This document shows, one piece after another, positions 49,791 to 60,800 of a stretch of DNA of 64,000 bases. The stretch is from Laetmonice hystrix. Taxonomy: Eukaryota. Positions within the stretch are counted from its first letter, which is position 1. Each line of letters starts with the position of its first letter. Below the pieces are notes generated by a model. That model was not told the origin of the DNA and did not search any database. It was given only the letters and a program-made list of their open reading frames with translations. The stretch spans positions 11,966,001 to 12,030,000 of the forward strand of contig OZ249447.1 of the NCBI GenBank assembly GCA_965235115.1, given 5' to 3'. The translations under genes and the position numbers were made by a program.

Positions 49791-50771
49791 TTAATTGTCC
49801 GGATCTTTCTCTTCGTTCTCCTCCAAAGTTTCGTATCCCACATTGCTGCATGCTCCGGACACGTAGCCACCTAGCGGTCCTTCTTTGACACTAAACGCCG
49901 CCATACTGTGACGTTCAGTCGCCGACTCACCATCGACGAAATATACGGTGGGCGTCTCGTCCAGCAACGTCGGCTGGACTTCCGGTCTGCTACCAACAAT
50001 ATGACACCGATGACACGCGCATGCGCAGAGAATCAGGAAGAGAAATGCGAGGCTGGCGCTGGCCACCACAATGATCCATCTGTAGTTCGGAGGTTCTGAA
50101 GTTTGGTCGGACCGCTTGGTCCGCCTGAACCGTCCGCGTGTTTTTAACTGGAACAAATCCGCTCCAGTCCGCACAGATTCCGCCAGCCTCGACTGACCAT
50201 TTTCAGATGCACCTTTAGTCTCGTCGTGCGGTGGGATGACGCCGTCAGAGTCAGCGGGCGTTCGTTGGGACCAAACAAATGCATCCGTCGAATCATTGTT
50301 ACCTTTCCAAGTCCGTGGGGCTAATATTGAACTAGTGTCATTTAAATAAAGATGATATTTCAGACGTAGGCCTATCTTTATCTTTTCGATCGCCTTTAAA
50401 ATGTTTTTGAATGGGTGGTTTGTCTCGGTCTCCGGTAGGCCTACCTGTGTTTCCGAGGTTCTCTTATGTGCTGAAGTTTGGTTCGGACGGTCCATCGAGG
50501 GAGACTCCCGTGAAGGGGAAAGCAAGTGTTTCCTGCTGACGTCGTTATAATGTAAATGACCGTTTGGACCATGTAAAGCTCCTTGCTGCTGCAAATGGCC
50601 ATTGCGGTGTCTCCTAGGGGACGACAAGGCCCGTTGCTGTTCGTGGTTCTCCTCCAGTTTCCTAAAGGTGATGACGCTTGACGTAGGGCGGTCTGGAGAG
50701 CTACAGGTTGTACGTTCTGCCCACAGGAGGAGAACGCCCGATAAAATCGTAAGATCCATTTTGATTGCCAT
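49791..50771 (-). CDS. Uncharacterised type I single-pass membrane protein (signal peptide, furin site, TM, tyrosine-motif tail), ~326 aa
   Basis: 329-codon ORF with first ATG at 50771. Signal-like MAIKMDLTILSGVLLLWAERTTCS; polybasic RGRFRRTKR; TM WIIVVASASLAFLFLILCAC followed by a Cys cluster; cytoplasmic VYFV, GYVSG, NVGYETL. An upstream non-coding exon cannot be excluded. Confidence 0.8.
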   Translation of the reverse strand: MAIKMDLTILSGVLLLWAERTTCSSPDRPTSSVITFRKLEENHEQQRALSSPRRHRNGHLQQQGALHGPNGHLHYNDVSRKHLLSPSRESPSMDRPNQTSAHKRTSETQVGLPETETNHPFKNILKAIEKIKIGLRLKYHLYLNDTSSILAPRTWKGNNDSTDAFVWSQRTPADSDGVIPPHDETKGASENGQSRLAESVRTGADLFQLKTRGRFRRTKRSDQTSEPPNYRWIIVVASASLAFLFLILCACACHRCHIVGSRPEVQPTLLDETPTVYFVDGESATERHSMAAFSVKEGPLGGYVSGACSNVGYETLEENEEKDPDN

Positions 50772-51119
50772 TCCGTCCACTTCTATCGCCAGGACAAGTA
50801 ACGACCTGACTTTGAACTCGGAGGATGACCATAGGTTTAACCCTGCCGTGTGTGTACCTTATAATCCGTGGCAGACTGACACTCGCCAGGCAGACTTATC
50901 CTGAAGTCGACGGCCGCCGCCCACCGCGATTGGCTGAGACCAAGCGTTCCCTCTCTCCCCGGCCTTCAGGTTGCCCCCCCCCCCCCCAAGCCCGGCCCTG
51001 ACGCCCTAACACTCCCAAGGCAATTGCTTTCCCCGTGCAAACTCGATCTGCCGGTAAATATGAACTGCCTGGCCATCTTTTAGATGGGCTACACCTCAGA
51101 CCACACAGACCGGTACCCT

Positions 51120-51665
51120 CCAGGCCTAGGCCTAGGTCTAGCCTACTCAGGCCTACCCCACAACCACACCCTCCAGGCCTACTTCACACCCTCAAGGCCT
51201 ACCTCACATCCTCCAGGCCTACTCCACGCCATCCGGGCTATACCTCACACCCCCCAGGCCTACTCCACACCCTCCAGGCCTACTCTACACCCTCAAGGCC
51301 TACCCCACACCCTCCAGGCCTACTCCACGCCCTCCAGGCCTACCTCACATCCTCCAGGCCCCCTTTACGCCATCCAGGCCTCCACACCCTCAAGGCCTAC
51401 CTCACGCCCTCCAGGCCTACCTCACACCCTCCAGGCCCCCTTTACGCCATCCAGGCCTATACCTCACACCCTCCAGGCCTACTCCACACCCTCAAGGCCC
51501 ACCTCACACCCTCAAGGCCTACTCAACACCCTCCAGGCCTACCTCACACGCTCCAGGCCTACCTCACACCCTCAAGGCCTACCTCACACCCTCCAGGCCT
51601 AATCCACACCCTTAACTTCTTAAGGCCTACCTCACACCCTCAGTCTCCAGGCCTACTCCACACCC
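51120..51665. repeat. Degenerate ~20-22-bp AGGCCT-cored minisatellite between divergent genes
   Basis: CCCTCCAGGCCTACTCCACA and CCCTCAAGGCCTACCTCACA variants. Confidence 0.9.
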
Positions 51666-51859
51666 ATTCTCCTACCGCAGCGCCATCTCTCTGAACCCTA
51701 ACTGCTGTTACAAATATGTGAATTAGGCCTAATCAAATAAAAACTGCATAGCCCACTGTTCAACATTAGGTCTATAGCCTAGGCCTATTTGATTCCTTCA
51801 AGTTGCCCAAGGCATCATTCTTATCACTTCATGTAAAAATGGTTAGGCCTACCCAACGA

Positions 51860-51940
51860 TTTTTAGGGTACGGATTCGTACCCTGGAAAAAATTTAGGGT
51901 ACGGAATTTTACCCATTTTACCCTCTGGTGGAAACCCTGA
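51860..51940 (-). mobile_element. Truncated MITE end (GGAAACCCTG terminus)
   Basis: ...TTTACCCCTCTGGTGGAAACCCTG with subterminal repeated AGGGTACGGA and hairpin AGGGTACG-GATT-CGTACCCT. Other end not found. Confidence 0.3.
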
Positions 51941-52339
51941 CACCCTCCAGGCCTAGGCTAATGTAATAATAATTTATGGAACGCACATCGTAGCCTACTT
52001 CATAGTTCATACTGAGTCATAGACATAGGATAGGTCATAGGCATAGCGTAGGCCTGGTCGATAGCGTAGCGTAGGCCCGGCGTAGCCTAGGTGAGGTGAT
52101 TTACAATGATAAAATATTAGCCTAGTTATACCTATATCAGTAGCGCCGGTCGAGGAGCTTGGGGTCACGTCGCTCAGACAGGAGTTCATGACTATGACTA
52201 TAGTTTGCGTTTGCTCCAAGGGGGCCCTGGTGGTGACGGCGGACAGTGTCTACAGTCTACACCGCTGGTGACGGTCCCTGTCGCCCTGTGCCTGCTGCCA
52301 TCTAGCGGCCGTCTTTCATCGCGTTGTTTTGAGGGTGCG

Positions 52340-52422
52340 TTTTTCACGCTTTTCCATCACTTCCACACTTCCGGTTTTCAGAGAGTAAAGCAGTCGACAG
52401 TCCGCGAGAAGTTGGAGTGATC
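52340..52422 (+). promoter_or_regulatory. TATA-less GEMIN2 proximal promoter/5'UTR with ETS-like motif
   Basis: CACTTCCACACTTCCGGTTTT ~50 bp upstream of the ATG, in a CpG-rich context. Confidence 0.4.
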
Positions 52423-55400
52423 ATGTCGAACGAGGACTCGCCAGCGCTGCCAGTGGACCAGTTTGACGATGAGTTTGACCTTGACATTCCACCGACGTCG
52501 GGGCAGGAGTACCTGCGACGTGTGATGTACGTTATCTCGCTGTCCGTAGCCGGCCCACCGGCCGTGGGTGGTCCCCCGCCCCCGGCCGTGTCCCTCGCCT
52601 CGGCTCGCCTGCCCGGCGTACTATCGGCCGGGTCACTGGCACTGCAACTAGTGACAGTCTAGGCGGCAAGCTCGAATTAAGCTTTCATTTTTGAACTCGC
52701 GCGGGGGCAAAAAGTGTCTTCTAGGCGAAGTTTTATGAAAATAGATGCCTGTTCGTGCCCCTTCTCAATATCATGCTTTCCTTTGTAACCACAAGATGTC
52801 GCCACTACTAGCGGTATGCTGGTGCTGATAAGCTCAGGGGGAAAACTGAGACCAGCTCCTCAGTGCTGCCGTCTGGTGAAAAAAGAGGGAGGTACTGCAG
52901 CTGCTCTCAAGCGGCTCAATGTATTGTAGGCCTGTGCCATGGCATGGGTCAGTCAATATTATGGTTATATAAAATCTAGAATGTTAACAGTCAAAGATTT
53001 GTTTGGCCCCTGCACATAATATCAAAATGTTTATTTGCCAGACAAGAAGCTCGTCAATGCCCAGCAGTTGTCGTGGCAGACATTGATAGGAAGGCATACG
53101 CAGACCGGCAGACTGTCAAAGTCAGTGCTGTGAGTACAGATTAGATACACATTGTGATATTCAAGGTTAAAATAATTTTCATTTATACAACATTACAACA
53201 ACAAACACTTGAGAAAACGAATGTATTGTAGAAGATGTCAGCATGGGCATACATGTAGGCCTATGTCTACAGTCCTGTGGAGGGGCGGTGAAATGTCCAT
53301 GTTTATAATGGAGAAGATGGTGAACATGCACACTAACCACAAAATGAGTGTTACATCCACAAGGAGGGCCCTTACTAACAAATGATTGTGTTTGAAATCT
53401 CTTCTGTTTTACGGGTCCGGCATGGTCCTTGGTTAGTATCACAGTCCTCCTTGGTTAGTATCACAGTCCTCCTTGGTTAGTATCACAGTCCTCCTTGGTT
53501 AGTATCACAGTCCTCCTTGGTTAGTATCACAGTCCTCCTTGGTTAGTATCACAGTCCTCCTTGGTTAGTATCACAGTCTTCCTTGGTTAGTATCACAGTC
53601 CTCCTGGGTTAGTGTCACAGTCCTTGGTTAGTATCACAGTCCTCCTTGGTTAGTATCACAGTCCTTCTCTTCTTTATCAGGGTAATGGACTGCTAGAGCC
53701 ACCTAGTGGTTACGCCCCAAGTTTGGAGTGGCAGCACCATCAAGCTGCTGAGTTTTCTCGTGTCAGACAGGTAAGCTTGTTTCTAGCTTTTCTCTACCAA
53801 CTTCTTTCACGAGTTTGCAATGTAAATCTTGATTAACACCTGGTCAGAGAGAGAGAGTCGGGAGCACCCATGCAAGGTGGGATGTGCTGAAAATATTGTT
53901 GGGTGTACTTCAACCAGAAATGAAAAACGATAATTTCTAAATTGCGAGTAGCCATAGTTAGGAGTCGTTGAAACACCAGAACGACTTTGGAAAACTTGTT
54001 ATTTGTGTTCATCATATGATATATGTTAATGTTATATTTATTGGTGTTTCAGAAATTGGCCAGATATAAAGCTAGGATGAGAAAGGACAATACAATGAAA
54101 GCTGTGGCATTGGTTAGTTTGATCTGATTTTGCATTTTGATAATTGGATTAGAGTTTAATTTTAAGTTGCTTGCTGTATTTCAACTGTGACAGATCTGTA
54201 AAAACAAAGTTTGGACTAGAAACACTTGGCAGCGAGTGCCAACCATTTGTTAGAAATACGTCATATTTATCCAGAATCATTACCTTTTATCAAACAGCCT
54301 TCGAAGGATGACATTGAAGGGTGGTGTCGCCTCTCGTTTGGTCGTTTAAGGCCACACCTGACCTCACCCAATCAAGTTTTGAAGGAGAAGCCTCATCCAG
54401 ATACAGTAGACGAGCCTTCATTAGGAGGAGGAGAATCGGTGGGGAAGCCACCACTGCTCAGCACTATCATCTATATGAATCAGGTATACCATATATAGTC
54501 AGCATGTTCGAACTGATACTGATGAAGTGCTGGTGGTGTATGGAGTGTTGGTCTGTCCAGTCCACAGCACTGAATGTTGGGTGTAGATTTGTTAACTACT
54601 GAACGACAGTGGTGTGATAATAATGTTGGGTGTTGGTGTGTTGCAGCCCACAGTACTAAATGTCTTGGAATATCATATCAATTGGTTTGAAGCCACCGGT
54701 TTCTCCAAACACCAGGTAAGTTCATAATGTTCCCTATCTATAAAAGGAGCTATAATAGTAGTAGACTTCCAGCAGTACATGTACATGTGTACCTCATAAA
54801 CTGTCTGTATTCCATCGGTTGGTATCCTTGCAAACCTCTGTAAAATTTGTCCTAAACATAGTTCGATTCACATTGCTAGTTTCTGATTCTTGCACCTACC
54901 AATGAGGTAGACTCATCACGGCCAGGTTATGATTTCATTTTATTTGTTGAACTGACATGCCGACTGCCGGTTTGTACTGGGATTTAAAATGATAAAACAC
55001 TCGAGAATTTGTTGGTATGGCGTGGAATGTTGTCCTACACGATGTGCAGGGACAGTAACTCGTCAGTTTGGCCAATCATACCGATGACCTTGGTCTTACA
55101 GGGAGAGTGGCTTTACGCTTTGCTGGTCTGCCTGGAGAAACCCCTCGACCCGGAGGCCTGCTCCCTACTCCGCAATCTCTCCAGGAACTGCGCGTCATTG
55201 AGGGCCACCCTGGTAGGTCTCGCTCGTGTACCCTCGTCACAGACTGGCACCCCTCATGGATTGTATCCTCACAGATTGTGGGCTTACATACCTTGGCTCC
55301 GGTGTGAATTATATAGAGGGTGCTGTGAGCGGTGTGTATACAACCCTCATCGTGTTCTACCATTGGTATGTGGCAGTGAGACAGATTCTAATACCTGATT

Positions 55401-55508
55401 CTCTGGTTTCAGGAAGATGCCAACCATCCGTTCCTGACACCCCTGAACCTGTTCATCTGCCTGGTGGCCAGGTATTTCGACCAATCAGACATGGGGGACA
55501 CTGGCTGA
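52423..55508 (+). CDS. GEMIN2: Gem-associated protein 2 (Gemin2/SIP1, SMN complex), complete, 8 coding exons, 267 aa
   Basis: Hand-spliced exons 52423-52526, 53042-53129, 53681-53770, 54053-54112, 54298-54483, 54647-54715, 55102-55212, 55413-55508. All introns are GT-AG, phases are consistent and the total is 804 nt. Translation contains [102 protein letters not shown] and [14 protein letters not shown], colinear with human Gemin2 as recalled. Confidence 0.97.
53425..53665. repeat. 22-bp minisatellite in GEMIN2 intron 2, ~11 copies
   Basis: CCTCCTTGGTTAGTATCACAGT, ending at the exon 3 pyrimidine tract. Confidence 0.95.
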
Positions 55509-56003
55509 CCCCTAACCCTCCATCCTCACCCCCAGCGGTGCCGAGCCGTTGACACAGTCCCACCGGCAGCACTCTGAACTTTGTACCTTTTGAGGTTTTT
55601 ACCCTGTAAAATTCGGACCCCTATTGGTCTGTATGTAGAATACTTCAGTCGAGGCACACCCAAGATGGGTTCCGGTTCTAAAATAACCGGTGGAGTATGG
55701 AGTGATACGGGAACGCCGGGTAACGGTCTGGTTCTGTGAAGAATACGTCACTGTAGTAGGATCTTTCTCCAAGTGGCTGTATGGTGACCATGTGCAGCCT
55801 GACTGGCATTGCTCAGTTATGTCCACAGCCGAGTGGCCGGCAAGATTTTATTAGGTTGAAAAATTTTGAAGTAACTTTCACTTGTTACTTCGTTTGAATG
55901 GAATATTAGTTTCATGGGAGGCAAAAAATATGTTTTATGCAGACAGGATTTATGTTAACAATGACTTGTTTTAGGAGCGTCTTTTAGAATGTGTCCAATA
56001 GGA

Positions 56004-56045
56004 AATAAAAAGGTACACAATATTTCCTTTTATTCCTGTCTTTCA
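56004..56045 (+). terminator. Probable GEMIN2 polyadenylation signal
   Basis: First AATAAA seen after the stop codon (56004-56009), followed by a U-rich downstream stretch. Confidence 0.5.
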
Positions 56046-56109
56046 GTCTTAATCCTCTCAGGGAATGAAGAAAGTTGGTCCCGTATTGCATCATTCCTCA
56101 ATCCCCCAA

Positions 56110-56750
56110 AGGGAAATAAAACATGGCCCTATAGTCGGCGTTCTCCCACAGGGAAATAAAACATGGCCCTATAGTCAGCGTTCTCCAACAGGGAAATAAA
56201 ACATGGCCCTATAGTCAGCGTTCTCCCACAGTAAGATAAAACATGGCCCTATAGTCAGCGTTCTCCCACAGTAAGATAAAACATGGCCCTATAGTCAGCG
56301 TTCTCCCACAGGAAAATAAAACATGACCCTATAGTCAGCGTTCTCCCACAGGGAAATAAAACATGGCCCTATAGTCAGCGTTCTCCCACAGTAAGATAAA
56401 ACATGGCGCTATAGTAAGCGTTCTCCCACAGGAAGATAAAACATGGCCCTATAGTCAGCGTTCTCCCACAGTAAGATAAAACATGGCCCTATAGTCAGCG
56501 TTCTCCCACAGGGAAATAAAACATGGCCCTATAGTCAGCGTTCTCCCACAGGAAGATAAAATATGGCCCTATAGTCAGCGTTCTCCCACAGGAAAATAAA
56601 ACATGGCCCTATAGTCAGCGTTCTCCCACAGTAAGATAAAACATGGCCCTATAGTCAGCGTTCTCCCACAGGAAGATAAAATATGGCCCTATAGTCAGCG
56701 TTCTCCCACAGGAAGATAAAACATGGCCCTATAGTCAGCGTTCTCCCACA
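56110..56750. repeat. 40-bp minisatellite downstream of GEMIN2, ~16 copies
   Basis: GGGAAATAAAACATGGCCCTATAGTCAGCGTTCTCCCACA and a GTAAGATAAAAC variant. Confidence 0.96.
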
Positions 56751-56767
56751 GCCCTGTAGTCGGCGTT

Positions 56768-57040
56768 CCCCGTCAGTAAGATCAACCATGCCCTGTATCC
56801 CGCGTCCCCGTCAGTAAGATCAACCATGCCCTGTATCCCGCGTCCCCGTCAGTAAGATCAACCATGCCCTGTATCCCACGTCCCCGTCAGTAAGATCAAC
56901 CATGCCCTGTATCCCGCGTCCCCGTCAGTAAGATCAACCATGCCCTGTATCCCGCGTCCCCGTCAGTAAGATCAACCATGCCCTGTATCCCGCGTCCCCG
57001 TCAGTAAGATCAACCATGCCCTGTATCCCACGTCCCCATC
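56768..57040. repeat. 38-bp minisatellite, ~7 copies, related to the adjacent 40-bp array
   Basis: CAGTAAGATCAACCATGCCCTGTATCCCGCGTCCCCGT. Confidence 0.95.
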
Positions 57041-57878
57041 ACCATGGCCCTTTTGGCCATGTCCCCTCCCCGCCCCACCCGGTACGAAGTGATTGGGTCC
57101 TGCCTGAGCCAACCTACCTTTAGTACTTTCTCAGTATTGAAGTCTTATCTCTCGGTCTGCCCTGAAGCTGAAGGGACAGGTGACACACGGGCATAGAGAT
57201 GTCCCACGTGACGGTTAACATCCGACAGGTCCGATAAAGGCCCGCGAGTTATAGCCGCTGTCGGTGGCTTCAAACACGTGGTCAGATCTAGGGGCGGGTC
57301 AAGTTGTGACAGGTAGGCTAGAGAGGGGGGGTCGGATATAGGCCCTAGGCTCGGTGTGCCTACAAGGGCTAACGTTGAGTCCCCCGGGAAATGTAGAAAA
57401 TGATGTAACTTAGCTATATAGCTATCAGGAGTAGGTTAATTGGCATATCGAATAGGCCTTTGCGCAGTTATTATTTTCCACGCATAATACTTGGACGTAG
57501 GAACATAGCAGTCAAGCAGCGCGCCACACATTTCTAAGCTTTTCTAGGGCCAGTCGTGGAGGCCTTTAGGCCTACTGAAGTTCACATAATGATAAGCTGC
57601 ATGACTAAGATCTCGCTACTGTCTGGGATCAAGATCTATTTACGACCGAACAAGTTTCTGTATCAAAAATAGCTAGGCTGATCTAGATCTATACCTTCTA
57701 TCTGGGCCACCAGCGGGGCGAACTAGTCATATGCAAATAAGCAGTGGAGGGGGAGGGGGAGGGGGATCGCAGTGCTGGAACAAGGGTCGACCGAGCGAGC
57801 GTCCGGCCGGCAGTCAGTGGAGCAGACCGCGGCCATGTACTGTCACCAATACATGTAAACACGCTTCAACATGGCAAT

Positions 57879-60800
57879 ATGGCGACGTATTCACGAGATA
57901 GGCCTAAACCTCGCGTGTCTATAGAACGACGATTGGACGGTGAGAGCGACACAGACGACGACGAACTTTTCTTTGAAGTTAGTAAGACGGCGGACGCAGC
58001 GCCGTGTGTGGAGGGGGAGTGGTGTAATGGTGACGCTGAGGGACCAGCCATCGTGAAGGTGACGGCAGGACCAGACGCTAGGCCGGCGGGTGAGGTCATA
58101 CTGCCCGCCGGACGGCCTCCTGCTGCCGCCGGGGCTCGCCCCCTGAGGACCGTATCCTTGACCGAACCTTGCCCGCCCTCCGACCACCTCCCGCCGGCCT
58201 CCACCCGCCGGGAGAGCTGCTCTTCTCTTGTTGACGGACTCCTGTTTGACATCTACGACCGCTGGCATTACCGACAGCGCGGAGGCTTCGACTCGGATAC
58301 TTTAACGGAGTGTTCAAGTACTTCCGATGCCTTCTTTGGCCGATCAGATTTGCTGCATCTGGCCGAGTTCGAACAGCGACACGCCAACAGGTTCAACAGG
58401 GCTTCCCTCCAAGGCAAAGGTAGGCATCTCATGAAAAACACAGACTCGACCATATATCCTGTCCCGTGAAAGTCGGCTATGGTTTGGAGAAATAAATTAG
58501 GGTTTTCTAAGGTTGGATTGGTAAGCGACCTCGGCATCGCCAGAAATTTCAAGGGGGTGGGGGGTTCTTCTTCTTCCTGTTTGAAGTGCATGTGTGTGTG
58601 AGAGAGCACAGTAGGCCTAATGCAGGGGCGGATCCAGGATTTTGGTAATGTGGGGGGGGGGGGGGGGATAGCATGATCAATTCAGAAAGTTCTGTGGAGA
58701 AAAACACAAAAATTGGTGGGGGGTGGCTTGGGTCCGCCACTGGGGATCAAAGGAACCAGGCTAGTATCTCCCCATAAACTCTACCTATAAGCTATAAGCT
58801 ATAACTTTAGCTATAAGCTCTATAGCCTATATACTCAAGAACGTTGTCAGAGGGGAGCGGCTATTTCTAACGTTATGGACCGATGATGAGGTATTAAAAA
58901 AGAGTGCCAATCAGGAGAAAATGAACAATGACAAAAGTTGTTCTTAATTTATTCCATTGTTTTGGCATTCTTTGCGACTTGATCACTTGATCAAACGAAA
59001 GAAAGGCGCATTCTGTAGTTAACTTATAGAAAGCAAAATCTACTGTTACGGAAATATTATGCTTAGAAATACACCAGCTTCTGCGGTTAGGTCATAGTGC
59101 AGATGAAAAGGTGACTGCCCCTTTGCAATTACGTTTCTGCTGTGTTGAACACATGTTCCATATAGAAAGGGTTCGTGGTGAGAATATATTGCGTCAATGT
59201 GTATTATATATGTGTATTATATATTGCGTCAATGTGTATTATAGGCCAAAAAACTCTGAGCTTCGATTCTTGCACCAGATATTATCAAGGTCAATGAGCA
59301 GTGTACATCTGTGTGTTATATGCGGGTCGGCATGGCTACCGATACTCGCTGTCCATCCTACCATTCCTGCCAGCCAGCCCTGCTAGCCGACAGCTGCCCA
59401 CACCGCCTATCATCACCCTCAATTGTGTGTCAGCTATATACAGACACAGAACCGTCCGTACATTGCGTCTATATAATAATGGTCGGCCGAGAAGGTAATA
59501 TGTGCAGAGGGGTATAGTGGTGAAACATGATGTAGGAATAGGCCGAATTTAAACGTAATATTATATTTTAAAAAATCTTCAAGGGGGTGGGGGGGGGGGG
59601 GTTGAGACCAACTCGCTCTCTTTCCTCTCGGGCTTATATATAACTAACCCATTCACCTCGACATGTTGCGTACGTAGGCCCACATACACGAACGCTGCCG
59701 TCACGCCGGTTAGATCAATAATATTACCTCCGTAGACCTCTCTGAAAACGGTGTTTTATCTTTCTTGATAATGACAAAATCATTAAAAGAATTGTAACAA
59801 TAATTAGCCAATCGCATCCCTCTCAGTAACAATAATATCATTTAGATACTTGCATACTTTAATTTATTACATTGTGTTGATTATTGTTGTTCATGTAAGG
59901 GAAGGTACACGTCACCGTTATGTGTAACATATGTTCGATATCTCCAACACGTGTTGCCTTCTCACCGGTATTTCGTAACAGCAGACTCGAAGGTCACTGG
60001 TGTCCTATAGAATGGCACCTGGTGCTGAATGAACGAGCCATTGTATTCACATCCAGATCCTTGATGGAGAAAGTGACAAGGATAGTTTCAAGTTTTATAC
60101 ACGCTATAGTGGGGTTCTCACACCCATCCCACCTCCCCCCCCCACACACACACAACGCCCCCCACACACACACACACAACGCCCCCCCCCACACACACCT
60201 ACACAACGCCCCCCCCCACACACACACACAACGCCCCTCTCCATTTAACCCTGCAGTATATATATATATAGGAATATGATTTTATTTTATTTGATTGGAA
60301 ACGTCGCTGATACAATGGGGACACGTCGCTGATACGATGGGGATACCTCGCTGATACAATGGGGACACCTCACTGATACAATGGGGATAACTCGCTGATA
60401 CTATAGGGGACACCTCACTGATACAATGGGGACACGTCGCTGATACAATGGGGACACCTCACTGATACAATGGGGATATACCTCGCTGATACTATAGGAG
60501 ACACCTCACTGATACAATGGGGATACCTCGCCGATACTATAGGGGACACCTCACTGATACAATGGGGACACGTCGCTGATACAATGGGGACACCTCACTG
60601 GTACAATGGGTAGGCCTATACCTCGCCGATACTCGGGAACACGTCGCTGAACGACGTTGCACGACAGAATTATTACAAATGGAATATATAATGCTGTACG
60701 ACTATATACACTGCTGATCGCGTTGCTCCACAGTCTTTATTTCCTATACCTGACAGGTCACCTACTTTATGTCATTAATATGAGGTACCAGGTGTGCATA

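Noticed and set aside
51035-51694. 219-aa and 172-aa Pro/His-rich ORFs
   Set aside because: Translations of the AGGCCT minisatellite.
55470-55478. Donor-like AG/GTATTT in the last GEMIN2 exon
   Set aside because: Reading through gives the conserved RYFDQxD and a stop, so no intron is needed.
57744-57878. ORF-track extension upstream of TBC1D30
   Set aside because: Starts at GTG in promoter or UTR-like sequence. The first ATG in good context is 57879.
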